Positions 19,501 to 27,393 are shown, counted from the first letter of the stretch. The stretch: 32,000 nt of DNA from Candidatus Poseidoniaceae archaeon (GCA_943789275.1 CALSTM010000001.1:300001-332000); one strand, 5' to 3'. Numbers and translations: made by a program. Notes: generated by a model from the sequence alone, not told the origin.

Positions 19501-21004
19501 TTGGATTTTCCAAGAATTGCAAACCGGGCAGTATGATTTCCGTATTTGGGCGTCTGACAGTGACTTCTGCAAGACGAAATCCAGTTGGGTTGATTGCGTA
19601 CATGAAACACGTAGCATCAACATCAACACCGACAACGCAATTCCATTCGTACAGCTTAGTGAACCGTTGAACTCTGATATTATCCGAGCGAGTGAAACGC
19701 AATTGATTCAAGGTGTCGCACTTGACAACGATGGATTGGTTACTCGCGTCGAGATATCAATCTTTGATCTTGCCAGCGGTGTGACGATTAACAACGGTCC
19801 AAACCCGGTTACGAACTTTGCACCAAACGGTGCTTGGTACACCACCTGGGACACTTCCGACCTCATTCACGACCAACAGTATGAACTGGTCATCAAGGCA
19901 TGGGACGGTAAGGACTTCTCGAACGAGGAGCGTATACGAATTACAATCGACAATCCAACCGATGCCGACAATCTGGTACCAGAGTTCAACTCGACAGGAT
20001 GGGCCAGTACAATCACCTTGTTCTGCGATTCAAACCCAACCAAACTCGACCGCTGTAACGGTGGAATCAGTATTGACCTCATGGAACACTTCTCCGATGC
20101 AGACGGTGCCGATGATGGTAAGACGAACGGATTGAGTTTCGATATTTTCGATGACCCTACCAACTTAGACGATGACTTCTACGGCGATTACCTCACCCTT
20201 TCAGACACGGGTGTTGTTCGCTATGATCCAGCGTTTGTGACTGGACTCTCGAACGAAGTATCCGAATGGTCCTTAGTCGGTCTCATGTTTGTAGCTCGTG
20301 ATGCTTATGATTCAGTTGCCTATTCCTACAAAGTCAATGTGGTCGTTGTCGAAGTGTCCTTCAGTGTTGTTCGAGACAACACTGGACTTTTGGGCCCAGA
20401 TTCACCAGCATACTTCAGTGGCCAAGGCTTGCCCAACAGTCTGGTTGAAGCGCGATTTGACAGCCTCAAGGGTGTTCGAATTAACCAAACACGGGTCAAT
20501 GCAGACGCAACATGGTCGATGGAAATTTCCAGCAGTCAACTTTCAGGAATGGAAGGTACGAGTAATATTATCTTTGAAATGGATGATCAAGTGTACACCG
20601 TTCCTGGTGAGAACAGTGACGCAGTATTCAAACTCAGCGTCAGTGATGGCTCTGAATCGAGTTCGAATCTCATGATGATTGTTGCTGCAGCGATTGGAGT
20701 CATCGTGTTGCTTGGTGCGGGAATGTTCTTCTTCCAAGTGGAGTATGATGACATGGATGAACTCACTGACATTGCTCAAGCGGAACAAGAGGTTGCATCA
20801 GCAGATCCTTACGCTTGGGCCAAGGCTCGTCAAGAACCAGTCAGTATCCCATCCACTGCTGTTGCTGAAACACCGGTTGCTGCTCAGCCAGTCGCGGCTG
20901 CTGTTCAACATGCAGCTCCACAATCCTCTCAACATCCCGGGTGGCTATGGGATTCTGAATCCAACAGTTGGGTTCCAGATCCAAACTTCACTCCAGAACA
21001 GTGA
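16553..21004 (+). CDS. Large secreted surface protein: right-handed beta-helix (PbH1/NosD-like) region, Cys-flanked DNDGD motif, Ig-like domains, C-terminal TM and a Pro/Ala-rich cytoplasmic tail
   Basis: The ORF is open from GTG 16490, but ATG 16553 lies downstream of the repeat/promoter-like region. The signal peptide is SISLVALLLLSTLTGLIAIPTASA-VNE. Beta-helix repeats include NTISGAAEGSGFGIRSSTVTANSNIIG...NNTIQDTAKEAVLIGE and NNQISNNTG...DNTVTNNGGDGMRI. CADGYDNDGDTKVDSDDADC lies at 18755-18814. Big-like units include SPADGSSHTTGKVTFAGTASDP. The TM is LMMIVAAAIGVIVLLGAGMFFF. Confidence 0.85.
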   Translation: MSTEAQYYIRDKNSNGTEASILKNTTSHKSISLVALLLLSTLTGLIAIPTASAVNETKSGIITGTETWTGTMNLNGDVVVAEGAQLIVNAGTVINIPYGYYIDVEGAICIGDSACGASSGSSGNQARFVWSTPTDYTAQGRCYSNNTNNPNYNADTACGSGMIIRSTIDQAITSIKFAHFENAYGHPFETNQVSGKQYGALVFDGSTTNAQGLSFQNINTSNIMAIDLAAPTISDSTFTLGVDGNGFDAAAVRAYGAGAGILATMEVSNSVFTGNTEAECGNDGRSLVYIESSYVDFSNLDIKDNSYGFFMKESSGSITDSTINVKCSGIDTNSHKVTGTINHTLTISDNTITTADGSGITAYDGAIVVAERNTISGAAEGSGFGIRSSTVTANSNIIGPIGGWNGLWIYGTSDVVAENNTIQDTAKEAVLIGEYHYLDQGWNVPTPTAARLYLANNQISNNTGTCNSQMYGGDFPCPAIHVFMSSATLYDNTVTNNGGDGMRIKASIVNAQRNTIEVSGFAANVSLFDDNYGNKYGSIAYFSENTYTNATQVYNITESRVTVQSEFIPDAGGNELYPVQLRWLGPECPYVLDECLQVPPTAIMPPAFMPLALEVVENSTVFSYADLQNFDSSKIHVQNQNSAWGSQVREGELVRYQVKAQNSNVVDATVIIRDATGLPLYSLTTDAFGFTPEVSLPSDFLLDRNWNHNVGETNVQIPGELDAQGNPVFIDENSCADGYDNDGDTKVDSDDADCTGGRELPFYTVEAYKFGKGQKDFNFVLSGGIDDVINLVNMKPSVTVTQNDGFSFATTASLSGSSWDGISGPYALDQIAYENQFGLIKRVEVQPPGSTDWYSAIDTSGANGMISKSVHPFKTWSFEWDLSAHPEGEGDVTFRVRSYDGLDYSPVEVRKYKLNLVAPTMLVNSPADGSSHTTGKVTFAGTASDPYTGTWGSDIQSIWFDINGPNGYTANFEVSGSTAWAYDWIFQELQTGQYDFRIWASDSDFCKTKSSWVDCVHETRSININTDNAIPFVQLSEPLNSDIIRASETQLIQGVALDNDGLVTRVEISIFDLASGVTINNGPNPVTNFAPNGAWYTTWDTSDLIHDQQYELVIKAWDGKDFSNEERIRITIDNPTDADNLVPEFNSTGWASTITLFCDSNPTKLDRCNGGISIDLMEHFSDADGADDGKTNGLSFDIFDDPTNLDDDFYGDYLTLSDTGVVRYDPAFVTGLSNEVSEWSLVGLMFVARDAYDSVAYSYKVNVVVVEVSFSVVRDNTGLLGPDSPAYFSGQGLPNSLVEARFDSLKGVRINQTRVNADATWSMEISSSQLSGMEGTSNIIFEMDDQVYTVPGENSDAVFKLSVSDGSESSSNLMMIVAAAIGVIVLLGAGMFFFQVEYDDMDELTDIAQAEQEVASADPYAWAKARQEPVSIPSTAVAETPVAAQPVAAAVQHAAPQSSQHPGWLWDSESNSWVPDPNFTPEQ

Positions 21005-21063
21005 TGCACCTTCTGCTCACATGGGCGGAAGTGTTGAAGAGTAGAAAAGTGCGAGGTGAGAAT

Positions 21064-23589
21064 ATGTCTGTTCAACCAAAGCCTGGGGTGCAAGAGCGAA
21101 TACTTCTGCATCTTCTTGATTATTCAGATTTCAAGAACAGCGTAGAAGTCCCCTTTGCACTCTCGCAGATGGGTATTGCGAACGCTGTAGCGATTGCCCG
21201 CTCCAATGTGCCTCGAGCGATTGCTGGACTCAAAGATCAGGGCTTGCTGATTGAACGGCAAGCACACGTCACAGGTGTTTCTCGTAAGCGCAAGGCGTAT
21301 TTTCTCACCGACCCTGGCATGAACGTTTCAGAAGATACGTGGGAGCGTCTGCGAAACTTCCAATTGCGCAGTATCATGGACGATGGGATGATTATCAATT
21401 CGACACTGGGAGAAATCAATGACCATCTCGAATTTTCTATGCGACCTGTCGACATTATTCGATACATGGACGATAACTGTGTTCTCGATACCCGTTCACT
21501 TTCTGCAGATTTAGTCGAGCGGGATTTGTCGAAACATGTGGAAAAACAACTGGTGACATCGCTTGGTGACTTACCACGGCTACGGCATTTCTACGGCCGT
21601 GAAAAAGAACTCGATAACATGGCAAATTTGATTGATGCTCGTGCAACAACACTTCTGATACCCGGTATTGCGGGCATTGGAAAAACAACGATTGCTTCAA
21701 AATTAATCGAGCGTTTCATGCACCGACGTAATCTGTTGTATCATCGTTGCCAAGATTGGGAAGGTTCCCGTTCGTTCTTTGAATCGATTGCTGATTGGTT
21801 GGCCAACATCGGTGATTCAACATTCGCTGACTACTTGGCAGCAACCCCTGTCCCACAACCCGCTGATGCAGCACGGCTTCTGGTAGATTCCCTCGAAGGT
21901 ACACCAAGTTTGATTGTCATCGATGACTTTCACAAAGTCGCCGATACCACGCTGCATCAGACCTTTCAAGCAATGTCGCTCGCATTGCTGGGCAGCGAAG
22001 AGGAAATCGGGCTTGTGATTTTCTCTCGTTCATTCAAACCTGTGGTTCCTACAAAAGACGCTGAAGGTCGAATTGCGAGTCTCGTTCTTCCTCTTGATGG
22101 TCTGGATTCGGATGCTGGGCGTCAACTCTTGAGCAGTTTTGAGAACTTGGGTGATGAACAATGGCTTCACATTCACGGATTATCAAGAGGTCACCCTCTG
22201 GTTCTTGAGTTGATCAACCGCGGTGCTTCTGCTGGTGCCTTCCATGAAACCCTTGAGAATTATGTTACCGTTGAAATCTTTTCGAAATTGAGCGGGGAAC
22301 AGAAGCGTGTGTTGTCTGCTCTTGCCATATACCGTGAGCCTGTCAATTTGTCTGCCCTTGCTGAGCAAGGACTCGATACAGATGAACTTGATTCTCTTGT
22401 TGAACAAGGTCTTGCTCGGCAAGGCGATGTGGATTTCTACGATGTCCACGATTTGATTCGAGAATTTTTAATTCGAAGCCTCGAAGAAAGTACAAAGCAA
22501 GAGTTTCACGCCAAGTGTTGCACTTGGTACGAGAAACAAACTTCTGCACCTGCTGTTTTGATTGAACATATATTCCATCTTATCCGTTCTGGAAAAGATG
22601 ATGCGGCGGCTGTACTCATTGCCGAGCAGGGAAGAGCACTGATTGCACAAGGGCACATGGAGTTACTCGGGTTGATGGAAGGTTTGACTTTTGATTCACT
22701 GGATGTAACAATTCATATGCGTGTTCGACAATTACACGGCGAATTGCTCGTTCTTCTTGGAAGGTTTTCGGAAGCCGAAGCAGTCTTTGTCTCAATCGCT
22801 AAACTGGATCCAAATTCGAAAGCCATTCGGTTGAGAGCGGAAGTACATTCAGCGCTTGCTGATCTTGCCCTGAAACAAGGTGATGCTGACAAGGCATTGG
22901 GTATGCACCGTGAAGCTTTAGAGAAATTCATTGAATGCGGTGATGCCAAAGGCGCTGCTCGTTCATACAATAACATGGGTTATTTGCTCCGGCGTAAAAA
23001 CGATTTTACCAAGGCCCTGGAAGCATATGGGGAAGTTGAAAAAATCCTCGATGAATCCGACGGTACAGAATTGGTTGGGACTCAGTTGACTCTTGCTCGT
23101 GCTTTCTTAGAACTTGATGAAATTGACCGTGCCCGAGACCATGCCATCCAAGCGTTCGAAGTGTCCGATGACGGTACCGATGTACTTCTTCACGCACGTG
23201 CACAGGCTGTTCTTGGCCGGTACTATGCCAAGGTTGGCGATGCTGACGTGGCATCTCACCACTATACCACTGCACTTGAGACGATGAGTGTCGCAGGTGA
23301 TTTACTTTCTCTGGTCGAGATAACTATTCTTCTCGGGGAAGTCTTGCAAGATGCTGGAAGAGCAGAGGACGCAATGGAACATTACCGTGAGGCTCTTGTC
23401 ATAGCCGAAGCCAACGATTTGCGAATGCAGATTGGAGAGTTGCTTTCTCGACTTGGCGGTGTGGCACCAGACAAGCGCCGTCGAATGGAATACCTCCAAA
23501 GAGCGCTTGCAGTATTCAGGGAACTGGGTGCAAAATCAAGAATGCGGGATGTTCAGGCACAGGTTCATGCAGCCGTTATGGGCCGCTGA
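21064..23589 (+). CDS. STAND NTPase (NB-ARC/AP-ATPase-like) with an N-terminal winged HTH and C-terminal TPR repeats; probable signal-sensing transcription regulator
   Basis: The wHTH is FALSQMGIANAVAIARSNVPRAIAGLKDQGLLIERQ...KRKAYFLTDPG. The P-loop is LLIPGIAGIGKTTIA (about 21661-21690). Walker B is SLIVIDDFHKV. GLVIFSRS is RNBS-B-like and SRGHPLVLELI is GLPL-like. TPR-like helical pairs include SYNNMGYLLRRKNDFTKALEAYGEV and AEDAMEHYREALVIAE. The 20968 start is TTG. I prefer ATG 21064 with AGGTGA 6-11 nt upstream. ATG 21004, which overlaps the previous stop as TGATG, is an alternative. Confidence 0.85.
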   Translation: MSVQPKPGVQERILLHLLDYSDFKNSVEVPFALSQMGIANAVAIARSNVPRAIAGLKDQGLLIERQAHVTGVSRKRKAYFLTDPGMNVSEDTWERLRNFQLRSIMDDGMIINSTLGEINDHLEFSMRPVDIIRYMDDNCVLDTRSLSADLVERDLSKHVEKQLVTSLGDLPRLRHFYGREKELDNMANLIDARATTLLIPGIAGIGKTTIASKLIERFMHRRNLLYHRCQDWEGSRSFFESIADWLANIGDSTFADYLAATPVPQPADAARLLVDSLEGTPSLIVIDDFHKVADTTLHQTFQAMSLALLGSEEEIGLVIFSRSFKPVVPTKDAEGRIASLVLPLDGLDSDAGRQLLSSFENLGDEQWLHIHGLSRGHPLVLELINRGASAGAFHETLENYVTVEIFSKLSGEQKRVLSALAIYREPVNLSALAEQGLDTDELDSLVEQGLARQGDVDFYDVHDLIREFLIRSLEESTKQEFHAKCCTWYEKQTSAPAVLIEHIFHLIRSGKDDAAAVLIAEQGRALIAQGHMELLGLMEGLTFDSLDVTIHMRVRQLHGELLVLLGRFSEAEAVFVSIAKLDPNSKAIRLRAEVHSALADLALKQGDADKALGMHREALEKFIECGDAKGAARSYNNMGYLLRRKNDFTKALEAYGEVEKILDESDGTELVGTQLTLARAFLELDEIDRARDHAIQAFEVSDDGTDVLLHARAQAVLGRYYAKVGDADVASHHYTTALETMSVAGDLLSLVEITILLGEVLQDAGRAEDAMEHYREALVIAEANDLRMQIGELLSRLGGVAPDKRRRMEYLQRALAVFRELGAKSRMRDVQAQVHAAVMGR

Positions 23590-23590
23590 A

Positions 23591-24067
23591 TTAATTGTAA
23601 GATTGCGGCCTGTCGTATTGCAATGAAGTTACACCGTCTGAGTAAACAATCCATACCGAAGTGACACCGGCAAGGACGACCGTCCCTTCGTGGGAACCTG
23701 CACCAGTTCCAGATAACGACACACTGGTATCAAGCGTCCCACCTTCGTGAATTAAATTAATCGAAGTATCTGTGAGTTCAAGCGTAATTCTCGATTCGTC
23801 TGCTTCGGTTAATCTCCAAGTCACTTTCTCCGCATATTCAACTGACCCCATTCGACTCGCCTCATCGGCTCGTTCAACAGCTGCAGCCAAGTCATCAAGG
23901 TTGGATTGAATTGCATTCTCGTTCCAACGTTCACGGGTTGCAGTTTCGATTTGATACGCCCAAATACTGAATGTAGTAAGCAACAAGACCCCTAAAAGAA
24001 AGGTAAAAATATAGCCGAGTTCAGTCGCAGCAGCGTGTTCATCTCTACGTAATTGTTTACTGTTCAA
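23591..24067 (-). CDS. Small class-III-signal (type IV pilin-like) protein, third gene of the pilin-like operon
   Basis: The N-terminus is MNSKQLRRDEHA-AATELGYIFTFLLGVLLLTTFSIWAY. Its leader motif is shared with the two upstream genes. The only start that keeps the hydrophobic helix is TTG at 24067, which overlaps the upstream TGA as TTGA. The first internal Met lies after the helix. Confidence 0.65.
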   Translation of the reverse strand: MNSKQLRRDEHAAATELGYIFTFLLGVLLLTTFSIWAYQIETATRERWNENAIQSNLDDLAAAVERADEASRMGSVEYAEKVTWRLTEADESRITLELTDTSINLIHEGGTLDTSVSLSGTGAGSHEGTVVLAGVTSVWIVYSDGVTSLQYDRPQSYN

Positions 24068-26274
24068 GATACCGCCTCCGTCATGTGTGCACTAAGATCA
24101 GCAATTTGAAGTGTAAATTGAATTGCTTCACCGTTGGTATGCCAAATTGCTTCGGATGTGCCGTATGATGGGTCAGGTACCCATCCAACATAGTCGTTGA
24201 GCAAATCAATACGGCCGGGGTAGACCGTCCAATCTTCACTCGCTTCAAGTCCATCCGCCGAGGATTGTGCAATGGCAACTCCGTAGGGGCTTGCCCATCC
24301 CCTTCGTACTTCATAAGCCTCAGCAGATGCTAAGGAGGAACGGTCTACCAACTCGATGTCGAGGTTCATATTGCCTGAACCACTGACGCTGTCTGCAGTA
24401 GGATGGAGGGAAGGTACAGTAGCTGCAAAGCGAGGTCCAGGTCCTCCTCGGTCTGAAGGTGAAACGACGATGTGAGGTTCAAACTCAGGGTGATTCGTGA
24501 CGACGGCTCCACCCGCATAGGCGACTTCCATGCCAGAAATTGAGGATTGGAATTCGTAACTGAGTCGTGAGAGATGGAATCCCCAAACTGTGCCCAAGGT
24601 GGCGTGGTTTGAAGCACCGTTCTCTCCAATTAAACTGATTTGCATACTTGCGGGATGGTTTCCTGCCCTCCACGCATTTTTCAGGTCAACTTGACTTCTT
24701 CCACTCATCGATTGCCAAGGGAGGTCTGCGCTGATCCAACCACTTGCTTGAATGTTCATCGGTAAACAACGTTGAGCGCCATCGTGCATGGCTTGAAGTA
24801 ATCCATTTTGACCTCGTATCGAATAAATCCGTAATGCATCGCCGTCTGTTACTCGGATTTGAGTTACGCCTTGACCAAGTTCAACGGTTTCATCATATGA
24901 ATCATCGAGGAACGTTCCGTTGGCCTCACTACTACCTGTCATGTTCCATTCTGTGTAGTGTCCTGTGTGTGTGATGTGGAGTCGATGGAGTCCAGCTTGG
25001 TCGTTCTGGATGGTGTGCAACTGGCCGGAGGATGCACCGGTATCATCTGCAGGTTCCATTTGGAGGCCGGAGCCGGAAGCATTCTTTCTCCATGTGACAA
25101 ATACATCCCCGTTCGCATCGAGCATTGGTGCCCCGTTGGTGTCGGCCGGTGGCCAAGGAAACACCGAACTTTGATTCGCTGGAACTGAAAGTCCACCTCC
25201 TCGCCAAGTAACCGTTACACTGTCCGTTCCGGGGTTCGAAAAGACGAGTTCGCCGTCAAAGGTTGGCGTCATGAATGAATGCCCAAGATGCTGTCCATTG
25301 ATGCTCGGCAATGCCATTTGCCCGACACTTGCGTTACTGTTCGTTTGTAGAATCAATCTCGATGGTGAACTTGTAGATACGTGGACGACTTCGGGAGATG
25401 TGAGGTTGAACTGGTGTGTAAAATCAACCCCAACTCGGTTTTGATTGGATGGTAGCGCATAGTAGGTGCTTGACGTATCGTTCCGAATTGTGATTTGGTT
25501 TGCCGACTCGCTAAGGACTTGAATCTTGTTTTCTCCAGCAGGTAATGGAATCGACCATGAGCTGCCGGTGGAGTCGACAGGACTTGGATCATTGGGTTGA
25601 ATCACGGCAGTACCGCCGTTGCCAACGGAGAACAAAAGATGCAATTGGTGGGATGAATGTATGATGGTTTCTCCAAGTCCACTCGCATCCAAAAGATGCA
25701 TGCCATCTACCATCAATTGGATTTCGGACAGCTTTTCACTGCCGTTCAACACTTCGACTTCGATTGGTCCGAGAGGTAAAGCCAGTCCTGGCGAGGCAGT
25801 AAGGAGCACTTCATCGACCCATTCAGGGATGGTGAAAATGTACGGGTTTGATGGCCCAAGACGCAAGTCATCGATGCATACCGCTGTATTCATTGATTCA
25901 GGATGGCGGATACGCAGTTCATCATCGTAGTCGAGGGCTCCTTGGACCCGGAATGACGTGTCATCGGCCCATGTAGCAGAGTACCACATGCTGCTTTGCA
26001 TCATGTTCCAGTTGAGGGTTCCGTCAACTGGAATGAGGTTGATTTCTGTAGAGTCTCCAGGCATGCCGGTTTCGCTTAGCGCTGAAGTTTGGTGCGCCAT
26101 CAGTGTCATTTGTGCCGACATATCGTGCCGTTCAATCGATCCTTCAAGCTCTTCAATCACTGGAATCAACGAGACCATCATCATGGCAATAATCGATAAT
26201 ACGCCGCCGAAAAGAAGCACGGTTGCAACTGCAGCCGAGACCGCCTCTTCGTCCCGCTGGAGCATTGAGTTCAT
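24064..26274 (-). CDS. Large (736 aa) class-III-signal (type IV pilin-like) surface protein
   Basis: The N-terminus is MNSMLQRDEEA-VSAAVATVLLFGGVLSIIAMMMVSL. EAVSAA fits the FlaFind-style pattern [KRDE][GA][ALIFQMVED][ILMVTAS]x3. The start overlaps the upstream stop as ATGA (26271-26274). The remainder is Ser/Thr/Asn-rich with several N-X-S/T sequons and no family I recognise. Confidence 0.7.
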   Translation of the reverse strand: MNSMLQRDEEAVSAAVATVLLFGGVLSIIAMMMVSLIPVIEELEGSIERHDMSAQMTLMAHQTSALSETGMPGDSTEINLIPVDGTLNWNMMQSSMWYSATWADDTSFRVQGALDYDDELRIRHPESMNTAVCIDDLRLGPSNPYIFTIPEWVDEVLLTASPGLALPLGPIEVEVLNGSEKLSEIQLMVDGMHLLDASGLGETIIHSSHQLHLLFSVGNGGTAVIQPNDPSPVDSTGSSWSIPLPAGENKIQVLSESANQITIRNDTSSTYYALPSNQNRVGVDFTHQFNLTSPEVVHVSTSSPSRLILQTNSNASVGQMALPSINGQHLGHSFMTPTFDGELVFSNPGTDSVTVTWRGGGLSVPANQSSVFPWPPADTNGAPMLDANGDVFVTWRKNASGSGLQMEPADDTGASSGQLHTIQNDQAGLHRLHITHTGHYTEWNMTGSSEANGTFLDDSYDETVELGQGVTQIRVTDGDALRIYSIRGQNGLLQAMHDGAQRCLPMNIQASGWISADLPWQSMSGRSQVDLKNAWRAGNHPASMQISLIGENGASNHATLGTVWGFHLSRLSYEFQSSISGMEVAYAGGAVVTNHPEFEPHIVVSPSDRGGPGPRFAATVPSLHPTADSVSGSGNMNLDIELVDRSSLASAEAYEVRRGWASPYGVAIAQSSADGLEASEDWTVYPGRIDLLNDYVGWVPDPSYGTSEAIWHTNGEAIQFTLQIADLSAHMTEAVS

Positions 26275-27356
26275 CTCGAGACCTCCACACGTTTTACATC
26301 GACTTCCAGAATGAGTTGGCTCTGTTGAGTTTCGACGGTGAATCCATCCGCCCCACTGGCCCGAAGATATGGCGCATATCCAGTAAATGTGTCAAGTGTC
26401 CCTGAGGCTCGGTTCAGCGTGTGGTCTTCCAGCATCTTGTCATGGTATTGTGGGGTAATGAGGTCATTGAGTGCGTTTTCTACCGTGAACTTGAGATGGT
26501 AAGCATTGCCAGTAAAGAGCGTCTTTGGTCCAAGCGATACCATATTCATTCCAATATTTTCTCCCGAGCCAATGGAGCCGTTGATGGTGACGTCAGTGAG
26601 AACGATGGATAATCGTAGTTCTCCGGTCACAAGTGTGTCAAGTTCGATGTTTGGGAATTGCGAAACTTTCCAAGGCTCGTTCGGGAACTGTTCGGCACGT
26701 GCGTCGTTTACCAAAGCAATTTGATGCTCTCCCAAGCCGAGGGAGGTTGAGATTTGAATTCCAGATACAATGTAGGAGGCACTTCTGTGTAAGGCACGCT
26801 GGTCAGCATCGTAGACCGTAATTGTCATCCAATGGTCTTGCGACGATTGATGCTGTACAGGCACTTCATCGAAGGTTGCACCGAATACGTGCGTTTCAAT
26901 GCCCAACGGGCTTTCGATTGTGACGCTACGAGCGGTCTCATTGGCCGCTGTAATGCCTATTGCTGAGTTGTTAATGTTGCGTACCGTGATTCGATCATCA
27001 GGTGTTAAATCAGCAGCAATCGTCCAGGTTTCAACCTTGATGACTGGCTGAATCATGGTTGATTTGAGTGCGAGCGTGTGACGGATGCCAGTGCCTTCAG
27101 GTGCGCTTCCAGCGACATCAATTCTGTCTTCAAATCGGTCGGCTATCCCGTTTGCACTGTTCCAATTGGTGTTGTCTTCAAAATCGGAAATGTACGGGTT
27201 GAGGAAAATCCACACACCGCCCATGATTGTAACGACCATGGCTAACATCATGACAACACCTAGAACTTCGCTGACTGCCCTTTGGTCTCGGCGTAGAGAC
27301 GGGCGAAGTACAGTGGGGTGGTGTGCGTTCACAGGTAGCACAACCTTTGGTATCAT
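26271..27356 (-). CDS. Class-III-signal (archaeal type IV pilin N-terminal domain-like) protein, 361 aa
   Basis: ...SLRRDQRA-VSEVLGVVMMLAMVVTIMGGVWIF resembles the archaeal Pilin_N/DUF1628-type consensus as I recall it (RAVSPVIGVILMVAITV...). It follows a 24-aa basic leader. Confidence 0.7.
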   Translation of the reverse strand: MIPKVVLPVNAHHPTVLRPSLRRDQRAVSEVLGVVMMLAMVVTIMGGVWIFLNPYISDFEDNTNWNSANGIADRFEDRIDVAGSAPEGTGIRHTLALKSTMIQPVIKVETWTIAADLTPDDRITVRNINNSAIGITAANETARSVTIESPLGIETHVFGATFDEVPVQHQSSQDHWMTITVYDADQRALHRSASYIVSGIQISTSLGLGEHQIALVNDARAEQFPNEPWKVSQFPNIELDTLVTGELRLSIVLTDVTINGSIGSGENIGMNMVSLGPKTLFTGNAYHLKFTVENALNDLITPQYHDKMLEDHTLNRASGTLDTFTGYAPYLRASGADGFTVETQQSQLILEVDVKRVEVSR

Positions 27357-27373
27357 TTAGCCATTGACCTTGC

Positions 27374-27393
27374 CACCCCCCCGAAGGGGGGTG
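27374..27393 (-). other. Intercistronic RNA stem-loop: 8-bp G/C stem closed by a C(UUCG)G tetraloop
   Basis: The minus strand reads CACCCCCC-TTCG-GGGGGGTG with perfect complementarity. It lies 10 nt after the MBL stop (27404) and 17 nt before the pilin-like ATG (27356). No U-tract follows it. Confidence 0.6.

Noticed and set aside
16420-21004. Impression that the surface-protein genes have lower GC and different codon usage than purD and carS, which might mark a horizontally acquired island.
   Set aside because: I could not quantify composition by eye with any reliability. Sliding-window GC and codon-adaptation calculations are needed before any claim.
21064-23589. STAND/TPR protein as an Avs-type antiphage defence gene.
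   Set aside because: I recognise no effector domain. The N-terminus looks like a DNA-binding winged helix and the neighbours are envelope genes rather than defence genes. This is not excluded, but it is less likely than a regulator.
23591-27356. Interpretation of the three class-III-signal genes as an archaellum (flaB/flaF/flaG) operon.
   Set aside because: I see no archaellin-like conserved domain after the hydrophobic helix. There are no flaH/I/J genes in the window, and two of the proteins are far too large. I kept the generic call of type IV pilin-like.
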